From Glycera tridactyla (lineage: Eukaryota): 64,000 bases of DNA. Positions 25,640-38,251 of this stretch are shown here, one piece after another. The notes under the pieces were generated by a model. That model searched no databases. It was not told where the DNA came from and was given only the letters and a program-made list of their open reading frames with translations. Location: the NCBI GenBank assembly GCA_965644265.1, contig OZ286470.1:84878001-84942000 (forward strand), in the 5' to 3' direction. Numbering within the stretch: position 1 is the first letter of the stretch; every line of letters begins with the position of its first letter. The position numbers and the translations under genes were made by a program.

Positions 25640-26540
25640 TTTTGAAGCCTTTGAAGCCTTTGACAAAAAGATCCGACAATATTGAGGTGACATTTAATAA
25701 TAATATAGTTGAAAAAGTAACAACGTTTAAATACCTGGGGCTACATTTGGACTGTCATCTTACATATAGTGACCATATACTGTATTTACGCAGGGAAACG
25801 ATTGGCAAAGTCAGGTTCCTTAGCAAGGTTCGTCCAATTCTTGATCAAAATGTTGCTATGATGCTGTACAGGAGCCTGATCTTGCCAATATCAGATTATT
25901 GTGATATAATATATGATGGCACAAGCTCCTAAAATAAACAAACTCTCCAACGGATCCAAAATTATGCCCTGAAGGTGGTGGCATGTCGTCCGAAAAGGTA
26001 TAATACTGAGCCCCTCCATAGTGAACCCAATATGTTCTTGTTAGACGGGAGCGTCATGCATTGATTCAGGCCTGCAAATTTCTGCAGGATAAAGCTCCTA
26101 TGCATTTTAAATCCTTTTGTCAAGTTGAACAACATTATCATAGTCATGATACTAGGAGCACGAGGAAAACTTTATTGTACAGACCGAAAACGAGATTGAA
26201 AACTTCTGACAATAACTATGCAGTTCGGGCTGCTTCACTTTGGAATAGCTATAGTCAAAAGATGGGCGATTTTGAAATCATGCCAATCTCCACTTTTAAG
26301 GAAAAATTGAAATTATTTGTCAACATTTAAGTTAGAAAATTGATCAAGTGATGGTCTGTATTCGACACCCATTGAATTCTTTTTGATAGATTGACTTGCC
26401 ATTAGTACTTTTGATCCGTGCTGTTACTAACCCATTTTGTGTTATATCTAACGAAGTACTGGAGAAGGTTGTCTTTTCATGATTACCAACTGTACTTATT
26501 TTTCGTTACAAAATAAAGAATTTACAATTTACAATTTACA
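25640..26540 (+). mobile_element. 5'-truncated L2/Crack-like LINE (RT C-terminus + 3' tail)
   Basis: VEKVTTFKYLGLHLDCHL...MLYRSLILPISDYCDIIY..., LWNS; ends aataaagaa(tttacaa)3. Confidence 0.85.
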
Positions 26541-26581
26541 ATCTCATGGCTTCACATATCATTCTTTTTGTTTCTTATCAG

Positions 26582-26621
26582 GATGGATAACAGAGGATGG
26601 TGGGAATATCACCCAGCAGCA
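26582..26621 (+). CDS. Candidate first coding exon of the EGF/NIDO membrane-protein gene (MDNRGWWEYHPAA)
   Basis: Strong pyrimidine tract + AG, ATG at 26583, GTGAGT donor; phase 0 end matches the next candidate exon. Confidence 0.45.
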
Positions 26622-27042
26622 GTGAGTATTCATTTTTCGGGTCCAGATCCATATATACCCACCCTCCTACTGCTACTGCTACTTTCACCTGCGTTTATGT
26701 TGGTGCTATTCTGCTACTGCCTTTGCTATCGCTGCAGATCCTACTGCTAATGGTATGTGTGCTGGTGCTGATGAATACGCTATCGTTGCTGTGCTATTGC
26801 TTTCGTTTGTTCTCCTACTACCGCCATAAGTGACGACAATGATGACGATAATCTTATTCACTCTCCCATCCAAACTCAACATATCAGTGTCAATGGAATA
26901 ACGCTCCTGGGAGATCAATAGGATCTTTTATATCAAATGGTTTAAGGCTCCTAGTTCCATTTTTCTGGATATCTCCTATCATACTCTTGCTACAATTTCT
27001 CGGGGGAGATCATGTCCCTCCGTATTGTGTTGACCCTCAGAG

Positions 27043-27748
27043 GTGAAACATGTCATTGACTCGACTAGTGAAACGTGTCATTTACTGGAATAGTGAAACA
27101 TGTCATTGACCGAGATAGTGAAACATTTTTATTGACTGGAATAGTGAAACATATTATTGACTGGAATGGTGGAACATGTCATTGACTGGAAAAGTAAAAC
27201 TTCTCATTGACTGGAATAGTGAAACATGTCATTGACTGGAACAGTGGAACATGTCATTGACCGGAATAGTGAAACGTGCCATTTACTGGAATAGTGAAAC
27301 ATGTCATTGACTGGAAAAGTGAAACTTCTCATTGACTGGAATAGTGACACATGTCATTGACTGGAAAAGTGAAACTTCACATTGACTGGAATAGTGAAAC
27401 ATATCATTGACTGGAACAGTGAAACATGTCATTGACTGGAATAGTGAAACATGTCGTTGACTGGAATAGTGAAACATGTCGTTGACTGGAATAGGGAAAC
27501 ATGTAACTGACTGGAATAGTGGAACATGCTATTGTCTAGAATAGTGAAATGTGTCATCGACTGGAACAGTGAAATGTGCCATTGACTGGAATAGTGAAAC
27601 ATGTCATTGACTGGAATAGTGAAACATGTCGTTGACTGGAATAGTGAAACGTGTCACTGACTGGAACAGTGGAACATGTCATTGACCGGAATAGTGAAAT
27701 GTGCCATTGACTGGAATAGTGAAAATGTCGTTGACTGGAATAGTGAAA
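27043..27748. repeat. 25-bp minisatellite (gactggaatagtgaaacatgtcatt), about 28 copies
   Basis: Direct head-to-tail units. Confidence 0.95.
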
Positions 27749-28299
27749 AGATCCATAGAGACTGGACTGTCAATCTGACATTACTAGCTTTGCTTACTGG
27801 TCGATCCCGTGTTGGCTTCAGAATAGTGTACAATAATCTGTGAGTTGCCCTCAGTCTTGAAAGTGCGCTTGAAAGTTTTCTTTCGGTTGGAGGTCTAGAT
27901 TGCGACCTCCACCTTACTTTTTGGGTGTCCTCAGATCTTACATTTTTGAAATCAGAAGCAAGTTTGTTGTCTATCTCCTCTATAAGTGTATGTTATCTAT
28001 TGTGTGAAACAAGCAAAACTAGACAGACCAGCAGGAATGACATTGATTTGCCATATGTATGTACCTGAATTGGCTATAGATAGTGTGCTCATTAGAGGAG
28101 CAAAGCTATGAAACTCAACTCCAATGAACATCTGTGATGGTCAATCAGTAGACAGCATAAGACGGCGGTCAGAACTCCTTTGTTAGTATGTGACATCACC
28201 CACATTGACAAACTCACTCTATCTAGTCCATTGGTAATATCTAGATAACTCGTATTCAGTGTCTAGTTTTGTATGTTCCGGTCTTGTCTCTGTAATGGT

Positions 28300-28690
28300 A
28301 TTGTCCACGTGCTCACTTCTCTATGACCTGTTTGCTGGTTCCTTGTCTTACTTGTTGGTTCATACCCTTTTCGTCTATATAGGCATCTAACACGACAAGT
28401 GCCTGTATACTAAGAGTAATGCTGGGACCTGAACTAATAGGATTGTCCCATATCACATTTTACACCTCCATATCATGTCTCATTCCTCTCATTTCATTAG
28501 CAATTGTATGTCTCGTGTGTCAAGTATTCGTCCTGTCCGTCCATGAAGTATGTAATGTCTGTGCTTATGTCTTTTGTGTTCATATCGTTTACCTGGAAAC
28601 GTATACCTTTGATTGCCTGTGCGTTGAATGTATGCAATTGTTGTATCGATGCTAAATAAAGTTTCAAAATCAAATTCAAAATCAAAACAT
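28300..28690 (+). mobile_element. Probable LINE 3' end remnant
   Basis: aataaag followed by (ttcaaaa/tcaaaa)-type short tandem tail. Confidence 0.4.
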
Positions 28691-30481
28691 GAATGTCCAT
28701 GCTCTTCAGTACTGCTCACATTGTATATTAGTTGTAGTACACTCATTATAGGAACATCTCAATGGAAGAGTGGTTCTCGGAATAGGCCCTGTGTTTTGTT
28801 GTTAAATTTGATTTCATCATCATTGATGCGGAACTAAAGTCTGTCAAGCTTAATCGTGGCGGGTACGTTTTTCGCCCTAGCATCGCGAATTCACTTCAGA
28901 TTTCAATGAAACTTGCTGACAGACATTGTTCACAGCTCCGACGATTAGAAAGGTGATCACGGCGAATTTCTCTTGTATATTTCCCCTCAGAACGCCATAT
29001 GTGTCGATTTCACGCTGGATTCGCGGCATGTGCGGCGGCCGTATCTACGTTGTAAACATAGGGAAGATCCGGGCGACAATGTCTGTGGATTCGCCGAATA
29101 AATACAATGAAATGATGATGTAATCCTCTTCAACAGCATACAGGGTCCCTGAAACCCGATTCGATAATCGTCGGAACACCTCCTCAATACATTTGGGCCA
29201 ATAAAACTGAAATCAGACGAGAAATGAGGACAGGAGTTTTTGAAACCTACCTGCCAAATTTGGATTTGACAGACTTTAAGCAAAGCAGCAAGTCTATGAT
29301 ATGAATTGAAATTCTCCAACACAACAAGGAACTGAAAGTTTTTAGGTCATACATACAGTGGCAATCTTTGGGCTGTGCTCTGAGACAAGATCATGTGGAA
29401 AATCAATCACTCTGCTTGCAAGTCCTATATGTTCAGTCTAATCGAGGAGTTTGACTGGTGAGCGGTTGATATTGGGCATTTGCCATTTGCTCCCAGGCCC
29501 TTCATATAAAACTACTTTTGATTGTGCCTTTTAAATCATCCGAGCTTAGAAATCACCGTCTGCGATGAAGTCATACGTCGGCGAACATTATGCCAATCTG
29601 CGCAGGACCAAGACACATATGGATATGCGTGAAAGTCACTGAACAATGTATTGTTACGAACAGCTGGGTTTCCTCTAAGATGGAAAGCCTTTCGGCAGAG
29701 GATTTCAGCAAAATGGAAATAATTTTAGCAATTCAGAGAGCACTTTGTAGAAATCAGAAAGCATTTCATTTACTCAGTCTACCAAAATGAAAAAATTATT
29801 TGCATTCTTATCCCAAATCAATGTCTATGACACATTTTCATTAAAAACAAAATAGAATTGGGGAACTTTTCATCTACAATAAACCACCACTAACACTTTT
29901 GAGCCATCAGAGATGAAACTTACTATAACAAATCATTTTAGCAAATTAAGAATTTCTTGATCATGTTACTTCACTGATTAGCTATAGCTAAAGAGCTAAT
30001 CTACAGAGGTAACCCTGAACAATCTGAAATGGTTGGGACTGTACCACGAGCCGAGTTCGATGTAATACACACAAGTGATGGAAAATTGATATGTTCACAT
30101 GTCCCATATCCCATTCACGCTATATCCACTCCGATAAATAAAATATCCTTCACTATCTATCTACCCACTCTCCTTTTTCAACTTTANNNNNNNNNNNNNN
30201 NNNNNNNNNNNNNNNNNNNNNNNNNNNNNNNNNNNNNNNNNNNNNNNNNNNNNNNNNNNNNNNNNNNNNNNNNNNNNNNNNNNNNNNNNNNNNNNNNNNN
30301 NNNNNNNNNNNNNNNNNNNNAGTACTAGATTCTTTCATCCGGCAAGATCTTGTACTACGTCATCATCTATCAGAGAACCATTGGAAAGAGGGTCGAGATC
30401 TGAGCCCTTTTAAACATGAAGAATGGACTGTTTGTCTATTACGTATATGTTGTTAATTTTTTCTTCTGTTGTTCATCGTAG

Positions 30482-30579
30482 ACCTCGGCACCGTATGGTT
30501 CGAAGTTACCACAGCATTCCACAGTGGTCGGGGTCAACACGCAGCTGCGAAATACCACCAGACCCAGGTCACAACTTAT
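30482..30579 (+). CDS. Candidate exon, cytoplasmic tail (TSAPYGSKLPQHSTVVGVNTQLRNTTRPRSQL)
   Basis: Pyrimidine tract + AG, GTGAGT donor; phase 0 start and phase 2 end join in frame to the TM exon. Confidence 0.55.
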
Positions 30580-30719
30580 GTGAGTCTCATCATCTTCATA
30601 TTCGCCTCAGATGAAATCTTGTGACGAAAAAAGATCTTCAACTCTGGTCTAGATGAACCGAAATGCAACTGATCACACGCGGGGACATTGGAGCGGCAAG
30701 GGGCACACAGAACTGGTAC

Positions 30720-30915
30720 ATTTGGGAGGAGTGAAAAAAAATGAAATGTTAAGGTTTTAGGTCCACTTTCTGCACTTGAGTAGGCTAAATCAGACCACCT
30801 GCCAAGGAGGAGCGAAGATGAGGGGGGAAACATTCCTGCATGATTGGACCGGGGATTGAACCCCAGACCCAATACACACTGGCTAAGCATGCTACCACTG
30901 AGCCACCAAGGCAGG
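30720..30915 (-). mobile_element. tRNA-derived SINE
   Basis: Minus strand shows A-box TGGCTCAGTGG and B-box GGTTCAATCCC without a complete tRNA cloverleaf. Confidence 0.65.
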
Positions 30916-30962
30916 CTCCTTGAGAGGAGTGAGGGCTGGAGAGGGGTTTGTTGGCTTGTTTG

Positions 30963-30963
30963 G

Positions 30964-31009
<46 letters not shown>
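30963..31009. repeat. (GAT)n microsatellite abutting a splice acceptor
   Basis: Direct. Confidence 0.95.
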
Positions 31010-31013
<4 letters not shown>

Positions 31014-31015
31014 AG

Positions 31016-31155
31016 TCCAAAAGAAGAGGAAGAGAGACGGAGACGATCTGGTACCTCAGGATGGCAGTTGGCAATCTACACAGTCATCGTGGTCATCATC
31101 CTCATCCCCATCTTCGCAGTACTCATATACTTGCTTGCTGGAGCGAAAGATGCCG
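31016..31155 (+). CDS. Exon encoding a basic cluster + transmembrane helix (PKEEEERRRRSGTSGWQLAIYTVIVVIILIPIFAVLIYLLAGAKDA)
   Basis: TTTTCAG acceptor, GTGAGA donor, ~24 hydrophobic residues preceded by RRRR; phase 1 end matches the EGF exons. Confidence 0.75.
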
Positions 31156-31172
31156 GTGAGAATACATAACAA

Positions 31173-31213
31173 AGTAGTAGTAGTAGTAGTAGAAGTTGTA
31201 GTAGTGGTAGTAT

Positions 31214-31282
<69 letters not shown>

Positions 31283-31500
31283 CAGTGAAAGTGGTAGTAA
31301 TAATGATGAAAAATAATCAGAAAAATACTACTACTAATTATAATAATGATGATGATGATGATAGTAATAATAATGATGATAATGATAATAATACGGCGGA
31401 AGAAGGACGCGTCCTTCAAATCTCGGTCACACTCCCCGGTGGACGGATGTCTCCTACGTGCACAGGCAATAATGATAATAATGATAATAATGATAATACC
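31173..31500. repeat. (GTA)n and (AAT/GAT)n microsatellites
   Basis: Direct. Confidence 0.9.
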
Positions 31501-32350
31501 AATATCAAGCTTCGTGAATTCTCCCTGATTCTCCACTGAGCCTGAGCTCCCTTTTCTTCTCAAGAATCTCCTTCAGCATAAGTCTTGATGTGCCATGTAT
31601 TGAGTCGCTCATTGTTGCATGTTCTCTGCATGTTTATCTGTCTTCCTGCTGTCCACACCAGAGGAATAAACTGACATCTTTGGAGTACGTGATTCGTTGG
31701 GTCTTCTCCCTCTACACAATATTGATTTTAATAATAATAATGATAATGAGAATGAGAATGAGAATAGCTTAAAGACCTTGGTCTGTGAGATCATCCCCTA
31801 GTATATACCAAAATTGCGATTCAGATGATGCACTACTTTACGCATGCTAGACCTGTGAGTACAATGTCCGTTCGAAACTTTCATTTTATCGCCATGGTGA
31901 CAGATCAGAGGTGACGATTTGGATGGAACTGTGATCTGTATGGGTTTGTAATATATATGGTGACGTGGCTGGCCTTCTCTAGTATATTCAAGCATATATT
32001 AACAGTATCTTGGCCAGATGAAGCTGCATCGAGTACTTTCACTCTCCCCAGACACATGATANNNNNNNNNNNNNNNNNNNNNNNNNNNNNNNNNNNNNNN
32101 NNNNNNNNNNNNNNNNNNNNNNNNNNNNNNNNNNNNNNNNNNNNNNNNNNNNNNNNNNNNNNNNNNNNNNNNNNNNNNNNNNNNNNNNNNNNNNNNNNNN
32201 NNNNNNNNNNNNNNNNNNNNNNNNNNNNNNNNNNNNNNNNNNNNNNNNNNNNNNNNNNNNNNNNNNNNNNNNNNNNNNNNNNNNNNNNNNNNNNNNNNNN
32301 NNNNNNNNNNNNNNNNNNNNNNNNNNNNNNNNNNNNNNNNNNNNNNNNNN

Positions 32351-32462
32351 GGAGCATGCAGTAGCAGCCCCTGTCTGAATGGGGCGACCTGTACAAATGT
32401 GAACGACACGACGTACCAATGTGCCTGTGATGAAGGCTACACTGGAACGCATTGTGAAACAG
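32351..32462 (+). CDS. EGF-like exon 1 (5' end hidden in the N-run): ACSSSPCLNGATCTNVNDTTYQCACDEGYTGTHCET
   Basis: Six-Cys EGF spacing; GTAAGT donor, phase 1. Confidence 0.9.
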
Positions 32463-32668
32463 GTAAGTCAGCTGTCAGGGACGTTCATCTATGTATGATT
32501 TCACGATTGGACGTCCCATAGGACACATGATTATAGGCATTGCTTAGTAGACGATAGACAGGCGCATTACACCATAGTTTCATATCAGTGACCAGATAAT
32601 CGACCAATAATTAGCCTGGCATGTCTGGTATACAGCTGTGACCTGTGAAGAGTACACCATTAAATAGT

Positions 32669-33110
32669 CAATTCAAGCTTGAGCATTTCTTCATCTTCTT
32701 GTCCGTATAGAATCCAGATCACAGAGGTAATTGTATAATATGAAACTGTGTTTCACGATACACCATTGAAATGTACAAATTACATTTTGAGAAATCACGC
32801 GATTTCTCCTGGATTTGAACCTGGGACTTCCAGCATGGCACCAACCGCCTATCATTCGGCAATTGCCTATGACTAGCAAGAAGTGCCAATTCAAGCTTGA
32901 GCATTTCTTCATCTTCTCGTCCGTATAGAATCCAGATCACAGAGGTAATTGTATAATATGAAACTGTGTTTCACGATACACCATTGAAATGTACAAATTA
33001 CATTTTGAGAAATCACGCGATTTCTCCTGGATTTGAACCTGGGACTTCCAGCATGGCACCAACCGCCTATCATTCGGCAATTGCCTATGACTAGCAAGAA
33101 GTGCCAATTC
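32669..33110. repeat. 218-bp tandem duplication containing a minus-strand tRNA-like (SINE) head
   Basis: caattcaagcttgagc at 32669 and 32887; B-box-like GGTTCAAATCC on the minus strand. Confidence 0.85.
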
Positions 33111-33539
33111 ACACATGAACCACAATCTAAGTGAACACAAAGGCGAAAGTCAAATATGTGTTTGATCCACACGATGCAGATATCTAATTAGCCAATTATA
33201 CTTGTGAGGTTATGACGCAGAAGAATATGACTCATTAAGTCAAGTTTAAGGACTAATATTTGCACTGAACACCCTCGAACTTGTAATCAGTCTTGATCCC
33301 AAGTCATCATACCGAATATATATTTGTAGTAAATATTGATATGTTGATGATAGGTTCATACATTTCCATGTTGCTCCAGACCTTGGAGGTGATGAATATA
33401 GCAGTGCAGTATGCAGGAGTGGTCGTAAGGCTTCAAGAAGAATCCTTATTTAGGACTACTGCAATATCATATAAAGTATAATTACGCTTACACTACTGCT
33501 TTGTTGATGGTTTGCTTATACATATCCTTGTTGCCACAG

Positions 33540-33659
33540 GCCCTGTAGAGGACGCATGTAGCAATGAACCTTGTCAGAATGGTGGAACATGTGATGTTGT
33601 CGGAGATGGGTATGAATGTACGTGCCCTGATGGCTACACTGGATCTGACTGCGAAATAG
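33540..33659 (+). CDS. EGF-like exon 2: [39 protein letters not shown]
   Basis: CAG acceptor, GT donor, 120 bp, phase 1-1. Confidence 0.92.
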
Positions 33660-34359
33660 GTGTGTCTAAATATAATAAATATAAATATAAAACTCCAATG
33701 ACCACTCACACCAGATATCACATGTAGACTTTGTTTCGATATTGCTGAGCCCTTTCCGAAACAAAGGACATATGTATCCATGAACATACCCCAGATGGCA
33801 ATACTCGATTGAGGTGACCAACTCATCAAGTCCTTTGATGCTCTGGTGCACTTTGACCTGCTTCGTGATCGAAGTCGAAGTCGAAGTCAAAGTCAAATTC
33901 AATATCCTTCCATACACCTTTACATTAGCCACACACAGCCACACAAGGTAAATAATGTAGGATTGGTTGTAAGGCTTTAGGAGATATACTGATTCAGGAC
34001 TACTACATTAGGGTCATGGGGGATACACAGATATATACAGGATTAAGTCCGACCACTGATTGCAATATTGTCTTGATTTGATCAAGAATAATCCACCTCC
34101 CATATAGACACATTATGTGGCTATCAGCAAGTTGAGATATGCGCCTGGTCTATCCATATATAGTATGGTTCACTATAGTATTATGAAGATTTCAATAATA
34201 TACCATAGAACCGAAGGGAAATGATGACTCTCAATTAACATTTACGATATTGTGATCAGGCATGGCCTTGAGGTCTCATACGGAAGTTCTATTTGATGAT
34301 TGAATGTTTACACTATTGATATATTTATGGTATTTTTATACATATTCTTGTTGCCACAG

Positions 34360-34479
34360 GCCCTGGAGAGGACGCATGCAGCAGTGAACCTTGCCAGAAT
34401 GGCGGAACATGTGATGTTGTCGGAGATGGATATGAATGTACGTGCCCTGATGGGTACAGTGGAACTGACTGTGAAATAG
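34360..34479 (+). CDS. EGF-like exon 3: [39 protein letters not shown]
   Basis: CAG/GT, 120 bp, phase 1-1. Confidence 0.92.
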   Translation, partial: ALERTHAAVNLARMAEHVMLSEMDMNVRALMGTVELTVK

Positions 34480-35506
34480 GTGTGTGAAAATATCCTTATA
34501 TTGCCTAAACAGTATCATCAATGCATGACCATTTATGCAACGATTGTGGACAGTAGCATTTAAACCTCAATGACCCATCACAGCAGATAACACATATATG
34601 CATCTCCTGGTAACGTTCAGCCCTTTCCTAAACAAAGGTCATATGTAGCCATAGACATCTCCAATATGTAAAAACCATATCCCCAATGAAGATTACCTAT
34701 TGAATAGTTTGATGCACTGGCGCAATCGGACCTGCTTCGATATTGAAGTCAATATTCTCTAATTTATCCACACAATTGCCAGATATACAGTATACAGTGT
34801 AAATAATGTGGGGTTGTGCTCCATATGGTAAATGGAAACTATTCGGTTATCATATCAAGAATTCCAATCTAGGTATCCTTCAGGGTGAAGTTGTAATCTC
34901 AATTTGGTCTCCCTCATGTGAATATCATTGGAGTCTGATTCTTCTTTTCCTTCTTCTTCTTCTTTTTCTTCTTCTTCTCCTTCTTCGTCTTCTTCTTGTT
35001 ATGATATTAGTACCAACCTCCTTCGAGTAATGTCGCAAAGCTGGTTAGTGGTGTGGTCGGAGCGGGATCTCCAACGTAACTAAAAGTCTGTACTTACACC
35101 TCCGTCCCAGCGCTCACACAAGGCTGTGCCCCTGGATGCCATGTCTGAAGGCATCAAGCGAGGGGACGCTGGTTAGTGTAGCAGGCAAGCTGTTCCACAA
35201 ACGGATTCTTCTAGGGAAGGATGCATGTAGGTGATAGTTCAAAATAGATTTGGGGACTCTATAGCACGCGTTGTGGTGTCTCCGTCCAGATTCGGGGAGT
35301 AGTGTGGCATACTGGCTGCAGGGAATGCAAATGAGTCAATTGTGTATTTTGCAGAACATCACTGTCTTCGCTTCTTTGAACATGATATTGTGACTCTAAC
35401 AAATATGGATCATATGCAGTAGAACTGAAAATTAATGAAGATCTTTGGTGAAAGTAATCAGGCGTGGCCCTAAGGTCTTATGATAAGGATCTATCTATTG
35501 CCACAG

Positions 35507-35626
35507 GCCCTGGAGAGGACGCATGTAGCGTTGGTCCTTGCCAGAATGGTGGAACGTGTGATGTTGTCGGAGATGGGTATGAATGTACGTGCCCTGATGG
35601 CTACACTGGAACTGACTGTGAAACAG
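35507..35626 (+). CDS. EGF-like exon 4: [39 protein letters not shown]
   Basis: CAG/GT, 120 bp, phase 1-1. Confidence 0.92.
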
Positions 35627-35723
35627 GTGCGTGTGTGAATCTACTTTTATTGGTAGTGCAACTTATTAAATCCTGATTGTGCATGCAAAGCTTTTTGAGG
35701 ATATTCTCCACAGTTAAATCATT

Positions 35724-35793
<70 letters not shown>

Positions 35794-35802
35794 ACACACA
35801 CC
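35724..35802. repeat. (CA)n microsatellite
   Basis: Direct. Confidence 0.95.
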
Positions 35803-36179
35803 AGCATCTCTGAGTATATATCCTGCATCAAATGTTCTCAATTGTGCATGCGTAGATGCACTAGTCCACTACGGAACATAGTCCTACATTTTTTACTTCT
35901 TCTTATGTAAAAGTTGGAGCTCATGTCTGATAGGTATCGTAGTGCAACCTAATTTAAGGCAGCTAGGACAGGATTGGTATTTCGGTTAGATAAAACAGGA
36001 AGGAGAGGGTTTTTGATGAAAGAATACTTCTTTTACCGACACAGAATTGAATCTTGCATAAGATGTATAAACTAATTGAAAATTAAGTATATGTAAGGTT
36101 TGATACTGGTCCTCAATGTACTGATGAAGTGGGGTGGTATCCCTCTGCAAAAGATTGGTCGACAATGTGTCTAACCGAA

Positions 36180-36220
36180 AGTCTGACTAGTTTCGCTCGG
36201 TCGGAGCTTCATCAGAGACT
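36180..36220 (-). ncRNA. Minimal type I hammerhead ribozyme
   Basis: Minus strand reads AGTCT-CTGATGA-A-GCTC-cgacc-GAGC-GAAA-CTAG-TC-AGACT: 5-bp stem I, conserved core, 4-bp stem II, palindromic ACTAGT stem III, GUC cleavage triplet. Confidence 0.85.
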
Positions 36221-36319
36221 GAGCATTCTGGCTGATGCACTCTCTTATATAGTCTGTCTGTGTCTGGTTGCCACTGGGCTCTGATTGGCCATTACTATGC
36301 ATGTGGTTGGTTCTGATTG

Positions 36320-36610
36320 GCTGATGGTGTGTCCGGTGTGTCCGGTGGTGTCCGGTTCTGTGTCCGGTGTGTCCGGTTTGGTGTCCGGTGTGTCCGGTTT
36401 TTGTCCGGTGTGTCCGGTTTGGTGTCCGGTGTGTCCGGTTGGTGTCCGGTGTGTCCGGTTTTGTGGTAGTGTGTCCGGTGTATGTACGGTGTCCGGCAGT
36501 GTCCGGGATAGTCCGGGAGATTGTCCTGGCATATGTTTGTTTACTCTAGTGTCCGGTTTTGGGACGCTGAGTGTCCGGTATTGAATCTGATGTGTCCGGT
36601 GTGTCCGGAA
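36320..36610. repeat. Irregular (gtgtccgg)n repeat cluster within the PLE
   Basis: Many gtgtccgg motifs with variable short spacers. Confidence 0.85.
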
Positions 36611-37179
36611 ATGTAATATTTTCATCTGGATTTTTCGATTACTTTCTATATTTTCCGTATTGTTTGTCCCATTCAAGTTGGGTGTATTTAATCGGCTGTG
36701 TTTGCCATTTTGTTGCATTTCTTGGTTGTCCTCGAAATATAAAGAGGGTTTGCCTTTTCTATATGCTGTGTATTCATATTCGGTTCGATATTCTGGTTGG
36801 GGTGTTGTATGGCTTTGTTACATCAGGCCTGTGCGGTGTTTTTTATACAGTGGGAGTTCTGGGTGATAATGTTCACATTTTTCCAATCTGCTGGTTTGGA
36901 GTTGATCCCATTTGTTGGGTATTGTTTTTTCTTTCACAGAATGGACTCTTACATTTATGGTGCGGTGAAGACTGTCCACAGGGAGTTGTTTTTGGTGTAT
37001 ATGGATTTGATTGGGGGTGGCAGTCCCACCTCGTGTTTTACGCATGACTGGAAATACTCTTACCTTCTTGTGAGGGCTGGCATTGTCTGGTGTTTCTCTT
37101 GGTGGAATACCAACAAAAGATATATGTAGTTGTTTCTTACCTGGTTGAGGTTTTAGAGATGGGGTGTGTTGTAGGTGAT

Positions 37180-37692
37180 TTAATCGCGTTGGCCATGAAG
37201 AATGCATTTAGGCAGTATCAGGTGGTCCAGGCGTCGTATCGCCTCTCTGAGTGTTTTGGTGGTGTGTTTACTTAGTTTGTCGAAGTTGGCATATGGGGTC
37301 CCTTGTCCCTCTGCATATGTGGTTCCGTATTGGTTCTCTAGGTTATCCTCTGGGTTAATTGTCAATATTGGTGTGTTTACATGATAATAGTTCCTTTTGA
37401 TGAGGTGTTGAGCTGATGAACTTGGAGTGATTATATATCCTCTTTTGAGCGGTGATGTTAGACGGGCGGTAGTTCCAGGTGGAGATGGTATGGTGGCTGG
37501 GTTGCTGATTTGGTGCTTCCTCAAAGTGTGTCTTTTAAGGTCGTCACTATTTCTATACTGTTTAGCGCAAATGTTGCATATAATCCTGTTTGTGCGATGG
37601 ATGATTCTGAAATGCTTATAGCAGCCACTTTTGGATTTAAATATTTTTCCACAGTCTGGGAATGTGCAGGCATATGCCTTCTCGCCTTCCAT
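37180..37692 (-). CDS. Intronless C2H2 zinc-finger ORF inside the Penelope-like element (170 aa)
   Basis: CTFPDCGKIFKSKSGCYKHFRIIH and CNICAKQYRNSDDLKRHTLRKH; ATG in good context (caaacATGG). Confidence 0.75.
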   Translation of the reverse strand: MEGEKAYACTFPDCGKIFKSKSGCYKHFRIIHRTNRIICNICAKQYRNSDDLKRHTLRKHQISNPATIPSPPGTTARLTSPLKRGYIITPSSSAQHLIKRNYYHVNTPILTINPEDNLENQYGTTYAEGQGTPYANFDKLSKHTTKTLREAIRRLDHLILPKCILHGQRD

Positions 37693-38251
37693 GTTTGACT
37701 GATCTGTCGTGTATGTTTGTTTTTGTTTACATCATCTCTTGGTGATGAGTATTTGTTGTTGATTGTTTATTTGTTTATTTGTGATGTCACACTGGGTTTG
37801 TGATGCGTGTCTTGGTGTCTCGTGATTTAGAGGTGCCTAGATTCGGTTGTTGACGTGTTGCTATGGTTGCAATTGTTGCGTCATAGGACCGGTGTTTGTG
37901 ATGTCATAGTTTATTGTTGAGCGCGCGTTCTGTGCGTTTGCGTCGTGTTTATTGTCTTGGCGTGCTTTCCATGTGTCTGCCCTGACACAGAAGTGGATAT
38001 TTGTCATGTTTGGTGAGTGTTCCTCCATTTTTAATAGGTTGATACACCCTTGTTGTTTGCTTATTGGTTGTTCGGTGTTCGTTTGTAAACCCTGGGTGTC
38101 ATTCCTGTTCATTCGGAAGCCAAAAAACATCGGTGCAATGCTTGACAAATGAGGGGTGCCACAAGGTCAGTGGATTGGTGCTGGGAAATTCTCAGATCAT
38201 GTTCTCAAACGGCACGAAGCCACAATAGAACATAAAATAAATGAACATGTC

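Noticed and set aside
27043-27748. CRISPR-like look of the 25-, 35- and 47-bp arrays (also 39728-42515 and 46727-47482)
   Set aside because: Units are head-to-tail with no unique spacers and there are no cas genes; these are eukaryotic minisatellites.
28926-29790. Cluster of short ORFs with coding-like composition
   Set aside because: No recognisable motif and frequent stops.
31395-31470. GC-richer island between microsatellites as a possible exon
   Set aside because: No convincing acceptor/donor pair compatible with the phase 1 gene structure.
36121-36187. + strand CTGATGA ... GAAAGTC as a second hammerhead
   Set aside because: No stem II closing directly on the core and no stem I or III pairing.
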